The position numbers and the translations under genes were made by a program. This document shows, in pieces, positions 1 through 9,100 of a stretch of 64,000 bases of DNA. A model generated the notes under the pieces. It saw only the letters and a list, made by a program, of their open reading frames with translations. It did no database searches and had not been told where the DNA came from. Origin of the DNA: Candidatus Latescibacterota bacterium (GTDB lineage: Bacteria > Latescibacterota > UBA2968 > GCA-2709665); NCBI GenBank assembly GCA_963667175.2, contig CAXXXF010000015.1, positions 224,001 through 288,000 of the forward strand, written 5' to 3'. Numbering within the stretch: the stretch's first letter is position 1; the number at the start of each line of letters is the position of its first letter.

Positions 1-28
1 ACAGGGCGCCAGGTCGGAGGAGCCTCGC

Positions 29-895
29 GTGGGTATTGTCTCAACCACGCGGCTGCTGGGAGTGATTGGCGACCCGATTGCCCATTCGCTGTCGCCGGAC
101 ATGCACAATGCGGCCATCCGCGTTCTTGATATAGACTACTGTTACGTGGCGTTCCACGTTTTGCCGGCCAGGGTTGAATCGGCGCTTCGGGGTATGCGCG
201 CATTGCAGATCCGGGGATTGAACGTCACCCTTCCCCACAAGACCGCGGTGATGGCGCACCTTGACCGGATTTCGGAAGAAGCGCTGGCCGTAGGCGCGGT
301 GAATACGATTTCTTTCGAGGAGGGCGACCTCGTCGGCCACAATACCGACGTGTACGGGCTGGCCACGGCGCTGGAGCGGACCGCGGGCCTCGCGGGTTTG
401 CCGGAGCACTGCGTGATTCTCGGCGCGGGCGGCGTCGCGAGGGCCGCCGTTTACGCGCTGGCAACCAATGACGAAGTGCGCCGCGTGAGCATACTCAATC
501 GGACCGTTTCCCGGGCGGAATCGCTTGCGCATGACATGGAAAGGATCACGGGAAAGACGATAGACGCAGGCGAACTGACGGCAGACACCCAGTTTAGAGT
601 CTTCGCGGATGCCGGCCTGGTTGTAAACGGGACGTCGCTGGGGATGGTTCCGGACGTGGAGCGGACGCCGCTGGCCGACACCTCTGCGCTTCACTCTGAG
701 CTTGTTCTGTACGATACGGTTTTCAACCCGCTGGACACGCTGCTGATGCGGCAGTTCCGGTCCGCGGGCGCGCCGGCGTTTGGAGGACTGGATATGCTCG
801 TGCACCAGGGAGCGCGTTCGTTTGCCATCTGGACGGGTGTCGAGCCGCCCGTCGACGTGATGAAGCGGGCGATTATCGGACGGTTTCGGGCGTAA
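29..895 (+). CDS. aroE: Shikimate dehydrogenase
   Basis: GDPIAHSLSP, NVTLPHK, GAVNT, NTD and GAGG motifs; lies near aroK/aroB. Confidence 0.95.
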   Translation: MGIVSTTRLLGVIGDPIAHSLSPDMHNAAIRVLDIDYCYVAFHVLPARVESALRGMRALQIRGLNVTLPHKTAVMAHLDRISEEALAVGAVNTISFEEGDLVGHNTDVYGLATALERTAGLAGLPEHCVILGAGGVARAAVYALATNDEVRRVSILNRTVSRAESLAHDMERITGKTIDAGELTADTQFRVFADAGLVVNGTSLGMVPDVERTPLADTSALHSELVLYDTVFNPLDTLLMRQFRSAGAPAFGGLDMLVHQGARSFAIWTGVEPPVDVMKRAIIGRFRA

Positions 896-897
896 CG

Positions 898-1626
898 GTG
901 GCGAGTTCCTATCTTCAGGAACGCAATGCCAGGCGGGCCTTTGTGCGCCAGACGTTCGACGGCATTGCGAGCACCTACGATCTGTTGAACCACCTGTTGA
1001 GCGCCGGCGCGGATATCCTCTGGCGGCGATGGACCATCGACGCGCTGGCATTGGAAACGGGCTGGTGGATCCTGGACCTTGCAACCGGTACGGGCGACCT
1101 GGGTCTCGAAGCGGCTGCGCGCGATCCGGGGGCGCGGGTTGTGGGCGCCGACCTTTCCCGGCCGATGCTGCGGCTGGGAAACAAGAAACAGGAGAAGAGA
1201 TCCGGTCGGCTTTTTTTTCTTTGCGGAGACGCGGAGCGGCTGCCGTTTCCCGATGCGCGGTTTCATGCCGTAACCATTGGCTTCGGGGTACGGAACTTTT
1301 CGGACCTGGCGACTGGATTGCGGGAAATACACCGGGTGATGCGTCCCGGGGGCCGGCTGGCAATCCTGGAGTTCTCCCGGCCCAGGGCGTTTCTGTTGCG
1401 CAGGGTCTACTTCTTCTATTTCAGATATATTCTGCCCGGGATCGGCCGGGTTGTTTCCCGGAATCCCCGGGCGTATCGGTATCTTTACGAATCTGTAATG
1501 GGTTTTCCTGAAGGGGACGCATTCCTGAGACGTCTGGCGCGGGCCGGTTTTGTGGAACCTGAGGAACGCCGGTTCTCCTTTGGCATCGCCACACTTTACC
1601 TGGCGCGAAAACCTCAAATGTCCTAG
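898..1626 (+). CDS. menG: Demethylmenaquinone/ubiquinone methyltransferase (UbiE/MenG)
   Basis: YDLLNHLLSAG, LDLATGTGD SAM-binding motif, FGVRN, ILEFS, YRYLYES. Confidence 0.9.
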   Translation: MASSYLQERNARRAFVRQTFDGIASTYDLLNHLLSAGADILWRRWTIDALALETGWWILDLATGTGDLGLEAAARDPGARVVGADLSRPMLRLGNKKQEKRSGRLFFLCGDAERLPFPDARFHAVTIGFGVRNFSDLATGLREIHRVMRPGGRLAILEFSRPRAFLLRRVYFFYFRYILPGIGRVVSRNPRAYRYLYESVMGFPEGDAFLRRLARAGFVEPEERRFSFGIATLYLARKPQMS

Positions 1627-1661
1627 TCAGGCAGCATAGGGAGCCGGGGGCGGCAGTCACC

Positions 1662-1719
1662 GGAGCGAGGGCATCTTGCCCTCGCTGCGCCTCGCGGGCG
1701 GTTCACGAACCGCCCCTGC
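1662..1719. repeat. Two REP-like palindromes (GCGAGGGCA-TCT-TGCCCTCGC and GGGCGGTTC-AC-GAACCGCCC)
   Basis: Perfect short inverted repeats in the menG-argS spacer. Confidence 0.6.
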
Positions 1720-1801
1720 ACGAACGCGGACGTCCGTAAATTGACGTTGATATCTGTTTTTCCTGCTGCTTCTCGATTGCCGCGAGAAGAGGTCCTCGTT
1801 C

Positions 1802-3505
1802 ATGAACAATCCATTCATTGATGAAATCGTATCGCAGGTCTCAAAAGCGACTGACGCGCGTCCCGATGAGGTGAGGCCGCTGATCGAAGTCCCTCCCAAA
1901 CCCGAGATGGGGGATTACGCGCTGCCGTGTTTCGGGCTTGCGAGAACGCTTCGGAAGGCGCCGAATCAGATCGCGAAGGATCTTGAAGCGCGAGTGCGCA
2001 CGGGCGCGCGTATTGCCCGGGTGAGCGCCGTGGGCCCGTATCTCAATATCTTCCTGAGCCAGGCCGAATTCGTCCGGGAAACGCTTTCGCAGATTCTCGC
2101 CAGTGGCAGGCAGTTCGGACACAGCCGGGCGGGCGCCGGGAAAACGGTCGTGATCGATTTCTCGTCACCGAATATCTCCAAGCCGTTCACGATAGCCCAC
2201 GTCCGTTCGACGGCAATCGGGAATTCGCTCTGCAGGATTTACGGGGCGCTCGGCTGGAACGTGATCGGCATCAATCACCTCGGCGACTGGGGCGCCCCGC
2301 ACGGGATGAATATCGCGGCGTACAAGCGATGGGGAGATGAGAACGCGGTCCGCAGGAATCCTCCCTTCGAGCTGTTCAATCTGTACGTGAAGTTCAATGC
2401 CGAGATGGAAAGGGATCCGTCTCTCGGCGATGACGTCAAGCTCTGGACCAGGAAACTGGAGGCGGGCGACGCCGAGGCGCTGCGGCTGTGGAAATGGTTC
2501 CGGGAAGAGACCATAAGCGACTTCAAACGAATTTACGAATTGTTGGACGTGACATTTACCGAATACACGGGTGAGAGTTTTTTTCATGACAAGGTGGGGC
2601 CGGTTGTCGACGAATTGAAGGAAAAAGGGCTTGCCGTGGAGAGTGAGGGCGCCCTCGTTGTCATGCTGGACGACGACGACAAGCCGCCGGCCATCATCCA
2701 GACGGGACACGACACCAGCGTCTATCTCACGCGGGACCTGGCCGCTGCGATTTACCGCAAGGAAACCTACGACTTCGATAAGTTGATCTACGCGACCGAC
2801 GCCGGACAGTCCCTGCATTTCCGGCAGCTATTCAAGATACTCGAACGGATGGGCTATGAATGGGCGAAAGACTGTGTTCACGTCCCGTTCGGCATTATTT
2901 CCTTTAAAGAGGGAAGGATGTCGAGCCGCAGGGGCAACGTGATTTTCCTGGAGCACGTGCTGAACCGGGCGGTTGAGTTGACGCGGGAAATCATCGAGAA
3001 CAAGAATCCGGATCTTCCCGAAAGGGACGCGATCGCCCGGGACGTGGGCATCGGCGCGGTGGTCTACGCGGACCTGGACTCGCGCCGGACGCGGGACGTG
3101 GTATTCGACTGGGATGAGATTCTGAATTTCAACGGCGAGACCGGCCCATACGTTCAATATACCCATGCCCGCTATTGCAGTGTGCTGCGCAGGTACGGAG
3201 GTCCGGCGCCGCCGGCCGGGGCAGACCTTTCTCTGCTGAGCGAACCCGAGACCGTGGCCGTTGTCAAGTGCCTGGAGCGGTTTCCGCAGCGTATCCGGAA
3301 CGCGGCCGAGGCCTGTGAGCCGTCTCTGATTGCCGGGTTCCTGATCGAACTCTGCGCAGAGGCAAACCGGTTTTACAACGCCCACCGGGTCATTTCGGAA
3401 GACGCGACCCTGACACGGGCGCGTGTCGCCCTCGTTTATTCGATCACCGCCGTGCTGGCCGCCGGACTCCATCTGCTGGGCCTGAAGGCGCCGGAGGAAA
3501 TGTGA
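1802..3505 (+). CDS. argS: Arginine--tRNA ligase
   Basis: DFSSPNISKPFTIAHVRS (HIGH region), NHLGDWG, MSSRRG, GPYVQYTHAR, C-terminal APEEM. Confidence 0.97.
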   Translation: MNNPFIDEIVSQVSKATDARPDEVRPLIEVPPKPEMGDYALPCFGLARTLRKAPNQIAKDLEARVRTGARIARVSAVGPYLNIFLSQAEFVRETLSQILASGRQFGHSRAGAGKTVVIDFSSPNISKPFTIAHVRSTAIGNSLCRIYGALGWNVIGINHLGDWGAPHGMNIAAYKRWGDENAVRRNPPFELFNLYVKFNAEMERDPSLGDDVKLWTRKLEAGDAEALRLWKWFREETISDFKRIYELLDVTFTEYTGESFFHDKVGPVVDELKEKGLAVESEGALVVMLDDDDKPPAIIQTGHDTSVYLTRDLAAAIYRKETYDFDKLIYATDAGQSLHFRQLFKILERMGYEWAKDCVHVPFGIISFKEGRMSSRRGNVIFLEHVLNRAVELTREIIENKNPDLPERDAIARDVGIGAVVYADLDSRRTRDVVFDWDEILNFNGETGPYVQYTHARYCSVLRRYGGPAPPAGADLSLLSEPETVAVVKCLERFPQRIRNAAEACEPSLIAGFLIELCAEANRFYNAHRVISEDATLTRARVALVYSITAVLAAGLHLLGLKAPEEM

Positions 3506-4065
3506 GTCGGACCGCGCATGGTTCTCTGCTGCGGGGCAGACAGATTTTCCTGACCGGTTTCATGGCGACCGGAAAGAGCAAGGTCGGCCCGATTCTGGCG
3601 CGGCGCCTGGATCGGGTATTCGTGGATACGGACGAGTTGATCGTGGAGAAGGCCGGGAAGTCGATCCCGCGGATCTTCGCTGAAGACGGAGAAGGCGCAT
3701 TCCGTCGCATCGAGCGCGAATGCGTGTCACGCGCGGCCGGAATGCCCCATGCCGTCATTGCGCTGGGTGGCGGCGCCGTAACGCAGGAAGGCAACTGGGT
3801 CACGATTCGGGCATCCGGAGTCTGCCTGTGTCTTCGGGCATCGGCGGAGACCATTTTCAAGCGCTTGCGCAGGACCGAGGGAGAACGGCCGCTGATGGCA
3901 GGTGTGACCGATGAAGGCCGGATGGCGAAGATCCGGTCGATGCTGGCGGCCCGGGCGCCGTTTTACGAACGTGCGGACGCGTTCGTGGAGTCGACGGAGT
4001 CTCGCACGCCGGAAGAGACGGTTCAGCTGGCGGTGTCGGCATTGGAAGGCCTGCAATCGCGATAA
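3502..4065 (+). CDS. aroK: Shikimate kinase
   Basis: GFMATGKS P-loop, IFAEDGEGAFR, ALGGG, RPL. Confidence 0.95.
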   Translation: MSRTAHGSLLRGRQIFLTGFMATGKSKVGPILARRLDRVFVDTDELIVEKAGKSIPRIFAEDGEGAFRRIERECVSRAAGMPHAVIALGGGAVTQEGNWVTIRASGVCLCLRASAETIFKRLRRTEGERPLMAGVTDEGRMAKIRSMLAARAPFYERADAFVESTESRTPEETVQLAVSALEGLQSR

Positions 4066-4103
4066 GAGAGCTGCTTATGGAATTTGAGGGCGATCAGAGC
4101 GGA

Positions 4104-5225
4104 ATGGAAACCGTACAGGTCGATCTGGGCAGCCGCAGCTATCCGATCCTGATCGGACACGGGACATTGTCCGACTTCGGCAGCGCGTACGCGGCGAGGG
4201 GGCTGGGGTCGGCCGCGGCGATCGTGACCAACCATACCGTGGCGCCGCTCTACCTGGATCCGGTCAGGGCCGGTCTCGAGGCTCAGGGTGTGGCGGTAAC
4301 GGTGGTTGAGGTCCCCGATGGAGAAGAATACAAGACACTGGAGACAGCCGGCCGGATATACGGCGAACTGATTCAGGCGGGCCTGGACAGGCGCAGCTGC
4401 ATCGTCACGCTGGGCGGCGGCGTCGTGGGCGACGTGGCCGGATTCGTGGCGGCCACCTATCTGCGCGCTATCGATTTCGTACAGGTACCCACCACCCTCG
4501 AAGCGCAGGTCGACGCCAGCGTGGGCGGAAAGACCGGGGTCGACCACCCGCTCGGCAAGAATATGATCGGAGCGTTCTATCAGCCGAAGCTGGTATATAT
4601 CGACGTGGAAACGCTGATGACGCTGCCAAGGCGGGAGGTGGTTGCCGGGATGGCGGAGGTGATCAAGCACGGACTGATCCGTGATGGAGACCTCGTGCAA
4701 TTCCTGGAGCGCGAGATCGAACGCGTGGCGGATCTGGCGGTTGTACCGGAAAAGCTGGTGGGCCTGATCGCTCGAAATTGCCGGATTAAAGCGGACGTCG
4801 TGGCGGCGGACGAGACCGAAGCGGGATTGAGGGAGATTCTGAACTACGGCCATACGGTTGGACACGCCATTGAGGCGGTGACGAATTACACGGATTACAA
4901 ACACGGAGAGGCCGTTATGCTGGGCATGCTGGCCGCCGGCAGAATCGGCGTCATCAAGGGGTTCTGGAAACCGTCGGAACTGGAACGCCAGAACGCGCTG
5001 ATCGAAAGACTCGGGATCCCGCCCGGCGCCCGCGCACTTGAAGCGGACGAACTGATGGGGCGTATGGCGAGCGACAAGAAAGCGCGGGACGGGGTGATCC
5101 GGTTTGTCCTGCCGGAGGCGATCGGCCGTGCCACGTCGTGCGACACCGTGACGCGGGAAGAGATCGGAGAGGGAATCCGGTATATGCAGAAACGCTCACC
5201 CGAATCGGGTTGCGGGTCGTTGTGA
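4104..5225 (+). CDS. aroB: 3-dehydroquinate synthase
   Basis: GEEYK, LGGGVVGD, PTTLEAQVDASVGGKTG, LNYGHT, HGEAV; start may be 4077 or 4104. Confidence 0.97.
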   Translation: METVQVDLGSRSYPILIGHGTLSDFGSAYAARGLGSAAAIVTNHTVAPLYLDPVRAGLEAQGVAVTVVEVPDGEEYKTLETAGRIYGELIQAGLDRRSCIVTLGGGVVGDVAGFVAATYLRAIDFVQVPTTLEAQVDASVGGKTGVDHPLGKNMIGAFYQPKLVYIDVETLMTLPRREVVAGMAEVIKHGLIRDGDLVQFLEREIERVADLAVVPEKLVGLIARNCRIKADVVAADETEAGLREILNYGHTVGHAIEAVTNYTDYKHGEAVMLGMLAAGRIGVIKGFWKPSELERQNALIERLGIPPGARALEADELMGRMASDKKARDGVIRFVLPEAIGRATSCDTVTREEIGEGIRYMQKRSPESGCGSL

Positions 5226-5242
5226 GCAGGCGGCCGTCGGCT

Positions 5243-5746
5243 TCAACGCGTCAACCGCTCGATGACGGCGTTCTGTTCGGGAAAGCTCCGGATCAGGTCG
5301 GCCCGATTCGCCAGCTCGAAGTCTTCGAATTCGAATCCGGGAGCGACCGTACCGCCCACAAGGGCGTATGAGTCGTACTCGTTCACCGTAGCGCCGTACC
5401 AGCAGCCGGCGTTGATGACCGTTGCGAACGATTCGTTGTTGTCGGGATCGTTGCCGAGCAGGATGCGGTTGTATCCGCCGCTTCGATCGATCGTATGGAT
5501 GGTGATGGGCGATCCGGCATAGAAGTGCCAGATTTCATCGGACTGAATCCGGTGAAGCGCGGAAAAGTCGTTGCCCTCAAGGAGGAAGTAAATTGCGGTT
5601 GAGAATGTCCGCGGGCCGTTAAACCTCTCCGGCAGGACCTCAGCCGGGACGGTCTCATCCGAGCGGTATATTTCCCGATAGTAGCCGCCTTCGGGATGCG
5701 GCCTGAGATTCAGTCTTGAGATCCAGTAATCCGCATTTCGGTCCAT
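5243..5746 (-). CDS. Cupin_5 (DUF985) family protein
   Basis: LRPHPEGGYYRE, TAIYFLL, HRIQSDEIWHFY, VAPGFEFEDFELA. Confidence 0.92.
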   Translation of the reverse strand: MDRNADYWISRLNLRPHPEGGYYREIYRSDETVPAEVLPERFNGPRTFSTAIYFLLEGNDFSALHRIQSDEIWHFYAGSPITIHTIDRSGGYNRILLGNDPDNNESFATVINAGCWYGATVNEYDSYALVGGTVAPGFEFEDFELANRADLIRSFPEQNAVIERLTR

Positions 5747-5766
5747 GGCAATTGGACAACCCCGCG

Positions 5767-5803
5767 GAACAGGGGCGAGAAAACCTCGCCCCTGTTCTTT
5801 TTT
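5767..5803 (+). terminator. 13-bp perfect hairpin with T-tract (terminator or REP-like)
   Basis: GAACAGGGGCGAG-aaaac-CTCGCCCCTGTTC followed by TTTTTT. Confidence 0.6.
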
Positions 5804-5861
5804 CGTGACGACGCGCTTCCGGTTTCAGGTCAGGAACGGGAACGATACGCCACGAATTCGG

Positions 5862-6914
5862 CTACGCAATAACACCGCCCCCCAGACACACTTCGCCATC
5901 GTAGAAGACGGCCGATTGTCCTGGCGCCACGCCCGGGTCCGCTTCCGCCATCTGCACGGCAAGGCCGTGATTCCCGGCGGACGCGATGCGGCACCGGACG
6001 AATTGCGGACCGTGTCGGATCTTGACCTGAACGTCGTGCCGATCGGGGACGCCGGAGATCCAGTTCGGACTCGACACCGTGAAACGGCTCAACGCCCGTT
6101 CGTCCCGGTGGGTCTTGTGGGACACGTAGACCGTGTTGCCGCAGACGTCTTTCCTGACCACGTACCAGGGGCCCGCGGCCATGCCCAGCCCTTCGCGCTG
6201 TCCGATGGTGTGGAACCAGTAGCCCCGGTGGCGGCCGAGCCGGGCGCCGGTCTCCAATTCGACGATGTCGCCGGGCTGTTCTCCCAGGTGCGCCCTGACG
6301 AAATCGGGGTAGCTTATCTTGCCCAGAAAACAAATGCCCTGGCTGTCTTTGCGGTCCCGGTTCGGCAGGCCGAAGCTCCGGGCGTATTCCCGGACCTGCT
6401 TCTTGGTGAGATGCCCGATGGGGAAACGCGCGCGTTGGAGCTGGGCCTGGCTGAGTCCGGAAAGAAAATAGGTCTGGTCCTTAACGGGATCCGGCGCCCG
6501 CTTTAAATAACGGGTACCGCTGATTTCCTCGATCCGGGCATAGTGCCCGGAAGCGACGCTGTCGAAACTGCCGCCGATCCGGGCGGGGAACTCGCCGAAT
6601 TTGATGTGCCGGTTGCAGACAATGTCCGGGCTGGGAGTACGACCGGCTCTCAGTTCGGACACGGCGTGCGAGACCACCCGTTCCAGGTATGCCGCCTGAA
6701 GGGGGATGATTTGAAGCGGTACCCCCGCCTGTTCGCAGACGGCGCGTGCGTACTTGAGGTCTTCCTCCCAGGGGCAGTCGCCCAGAAAGGCAAGTTCGTC
6801 TTCAAGCCAGACCTTGAGATAGAAGGCCGTGATTTCGTGCCGGTCTTCCCGGCACAGCAGATGAAGGGCAACGGAACTGTCGACGCCGCCGGAGAGCAGA
6901 AGGGCGATTTTCAT
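5862..6914 (-). CDS. mnmA: tRNA 2-thiouridine(34) synthase
   Basis: SGGVDSS PP-loop, PSPDIVCNRHIKF, SGHYA, KDQTYFL, DSQGICF, TIGQR, APGQ. Confidence 0.96.
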   Translation of the reverse strand: MKIALLLSGGVDSSVALHLLCREDRHEITAFYLKVWLEDELAFLGDCPWEEDLKYARAVCEQAGVPLQIIPLQAAYLERVVSHAVSELRAGRTPSPDIVCNRHIKFGEFPARIGGSFDSVASGHYARIEEISGTRYLKRAPDPVKDQTYFLSGLSQAQLQRARFPIGHLTKKQVREYARSFGLPNRDRKDSQGICFLGKISYPDFVRAHLGEQPGDIVELETGARLGRHRGYWFHTIGQREGLGMAAGPWYVVRKDVCGNTVYVSHKTHRDERALSRFTVSSPNWISGVPDRHDVQVKIRHGPQFVRCRIASAGNHGLAVQMAEADPGVAPGQSAVFYDGEVCLGGGVIA

Positions 6915-6922
6915 GGCTCGCT

Positions 6923-7837
6923 TCAATCGCTTAGGATCTGACTTTCGACGTCCAGCCCCACCCGGTTGCTCCAGGCGGTCATTATCTCTCTGAATAGCGG
7001 TCCGGGTTCACCGCTGCCAACGGGTACGTTGTTGAATTTCGTACAGGGAGCGATGCAATAGGGCGTGGTGGTGAGCCACGCTTCGTCGGCGTTCACGACG
7101 TCGTATGGTTGAAGGTCCTTTTCAATCCAGCTGAGACCGAGATCCGCCGCGAATTCTTTCACCGTGAGCAGGCTGACGCCCTGGAGGATGTTCCGTGTGG
7201 TGGGGGAGTAGACGGTTCGGTCCGAAACGATGACAAAGTTGGAACCCGCGCATTCCGTGACGTTGCCGTCGAGGTCGAGAAGCAGCGTAATCGCTTCCGG
7301 GTCGACCGTGTGGGTCTGCCGGTCGGCAAGCCACCAGTGCAGGCGGGACCGGTTCTTGGATTTCGGGTCCAGGCACTGGGGCGGGACGTGGCGCACAGCC
7401 GGCGTGACCACGTGGGCGCCGGCCTCGAAGAGATGACGCCAGACACGGAAGGGAAGCGGAAAGGAGTGGATACAGACTGTTGGCGTGAGACGGACGCCGG
7501 CGGCGGCGCTGCCGGCGTAGATTTCGTTTTCACCCGGGGTGATGAAGTGAACGATGCCAAGGTCGGCTTCGGGTTCGATCAAGTCCCGGTTCGCCTGTAT
7601 GAGTTCGTGCGTCCTGTCCCGCATCTCGTCGCAAGTGAGGCCGGGATGAATGCCGGCGTACTTGCACGATCTGTAGAGCCGGTCCAGGTGATCGTCCAGG
7701 CGAAACGGCGCATGGGCGAAGGTTCGGGTCATTTCGGTTAACGTGGCGCCCAGAATGATGCCCAGGTCGTAGATCCTGATTGCGGCCTGAGAGGCAGGCA
7801 CGAAATCTCCATTCAGATAGACGATAGGTTCCTTCAT
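6923..7837 (-). CDS. Class IV PLP aminotransferase (IlvE/PabC-like)
   Basis: YLNGDFV, FRLDDHLDRL, catalytic K in KSKNRS, ECAGSN, ILQGVS, ADEAWLT. Confidence 0.9.
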   Translation of the reverse strand: MKEPIVYLNGDFVPASQAAIRIYDLGIILGATLTEMTRTFAHAPFRLDDHLDRLYRSCKYAGIHPGLTCDEMRDRTHELIQANRDLIEPEADLGIVHFITPGENEIYAGSAAAGVRLTPTVCIHSFPLPFRVWRHLFEAGAHVVTPAVRHVPPQCLDPKSKNRSRLHWWLADRQTHTVDPEAITLLLDLDGNVTECAGSNFVIVSDRTVYSPTTRNILQGVSLLTVKEFAADLGLSWIEKDLQPYDVVNADEAWLTTTPYCIAPCTKFNNVPVGSGEPGPLFREIMTAWSNRVGLDVESQILSD

Positions 7838-8168
7838 ATACTCGCTCCAACCGTCGGGTTACCGGAGTGACGTCGAAATGGGTTGACAACCCGTCCATAA
7901 TATAGCGGCCGGGTGACGTCAGGACAAACGGAAAGGGATTTTGCGGAGGCAGGAGGGAAAGGCTACCATCTGGGTAAGGGCTCTGGTGCGCGCCATGCCG
8001 TGAAAGGCGCTACCGCATATAAAGATGATGCCTCAGCCCGAGGAGGGATTCGAGACGTGAGGCATTGGAGGGTAAAGACGATGATTGTGCGGGAGTGGGT
8101 TGACTCTCGCCGGTTTCCGCTGAGCGCTTGATTTCTGCTTGCGCCTCTTGCTGTACGCTTCCAATTGT

Positions 8169-8408
8169 CTAACCAGTTCCAGGTGGCGCGTCAAGAAAGA
8201 GCCACCGAACAATAACACCAAACCAACCAACGATGGCAATAATGATAAGACCCCAAACGATCCTGTACATTCTATCAAAATTGGACGAAGAGTTGGTCAG
8301 CGAAAGTTGAAACTGATAGAAGCCTGCCTCAAGACCTGCCAGGCGTTCTCTAATATCCCGGATATCTTTGCGCAGTTCGGGTTCGCTAATTTGATCCACG
8401 TCGGTCAC
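8169..8408 (-). CDS. Small coiled-coil protein with C-terminal TM helix; putative toxin partner of the Panacea antitoxin
   Basis: 79-aa ORF overlapping the 3' end of the Panacea gene; GGAG RBS; hydrophobic IVWGLIIIAIVGWFGVIV. Confidence 0.6.
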   Translation of the reverse strand: MTDVDQISEPELRKDIRDIRERLAGLEAGFYQFQLSLTNSSSNFDRMYRIVWGLIIIAIVGWFGVIVRWLFLDAPPGTG

Positions 8409-8907
8409 GGCTTCTCCTTTGCTTTTCCCTAAAATGTTTTTTTATTTCTTCGCTATCGATAACAAGATCAGACGGGAAGTGATCGCCGTATCGATCGTAA
8501 AGTTTCCTCCAGGGCGTTCCGGGTAGATGCGTAACTTCTGATAATTTAAAGGCAGATACCGAACCATAGATCTCCCACACTTTTTCCAACAGCGGACCGA
8601 TTTCCTCTTCTTCCCTTTGCGAAAGAACAGGAAAACGTTGCGTATTATCCACCCGTTCACAAACATCGTGGTCTATGGGTGAGTTGCGATATTGCTTGAA
8701 TTCATGATATACGGAAACGACAACAGGACCGTATTTCCATGCCACGATATCTTCATCCAATAAAGGTTCTCCGCCTGGATGTAGCGCCAGGTGCCAGCCA
8801 TGTGCAAAATAAAGCAATTTCTGCAATTTCAGCGGTGAAATGTCAACTTCATTCTCCCGCCCCAATCTTAAAAAGTAACTCACTATCTTTCCTACTTGAT
8901 ACGGCAT
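8386..8907 (-). CDS. Panacea domain (DUF4065/GepA/SocA-like) antitoxin
   Basis: ISPLKLQKLLYFAHG, AWKYGPVV, LSEVTH...PW signature motifs. Confidence 0.9.
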   Translation of the reverse strand: MPYQVGKIVSYFLRLGRENEVDISPLKLQKLLYFAHGWHLALHPGGEPLLDEDIVAWKYGPVVVSVYHEFKQYRNSPIDHDVCERVDNTQRFPVLSQREEEEIGPLLEKVWEIYGSVSAFKLSEVTHLPGTPWRKLYDRYGDHFPSDLVIDSEEIKKHFREKQRRSRDRRGSN

Positions 8908-9039
8908 CCCGGCGCCCCTCACGACAAAAGCGGCGCATTTCCAGTGTAATCTGAAAACGCGCCATTTACAAACAGCGTCATCCCCAAATCCTCCATGACT
9001 TGCCCTTCACGGAGCGATTTTTGCGTAAACATCCATTTT

Positions 9040-9068
9040 AATTTATGCTCGATTAAACACAAAGTCAA
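9040..9068 (-). promoter_or_regulatory. Sigma70-type promoter for the Panacea operon
   Basis: TTGACT-17 bp-TAAATT on the minus strand. Confidence 0.6.
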
Positions 9069-9100
9069 GTACCTATGCCGTGCACGGCCCTCGACGGAGG

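Noticed and set aside
41-1363. Long antisense or alternative-frame ORFs (also 14978-16219, 18548-20053, 20936-22486, 45478-47157, 58084-60450)
   Set aside because: Shadow ORFs of well-supported genes in GC-rich DNA; no family motifs.
7868-7921. GTGACGTC direct repeats and GGGTTG-A-CAACCC palindrome as promoter or operator
   Set aside because: TTGACA has no correctly spaced -10 and no cognate regulator can be assigned.
7913-8131. Short ORFs beside the Panacea islet (also 8139-8432, 10746-10973, 20505-20911)
   Set aside because: No convincing coding signal; several are translations of repeat arrays.
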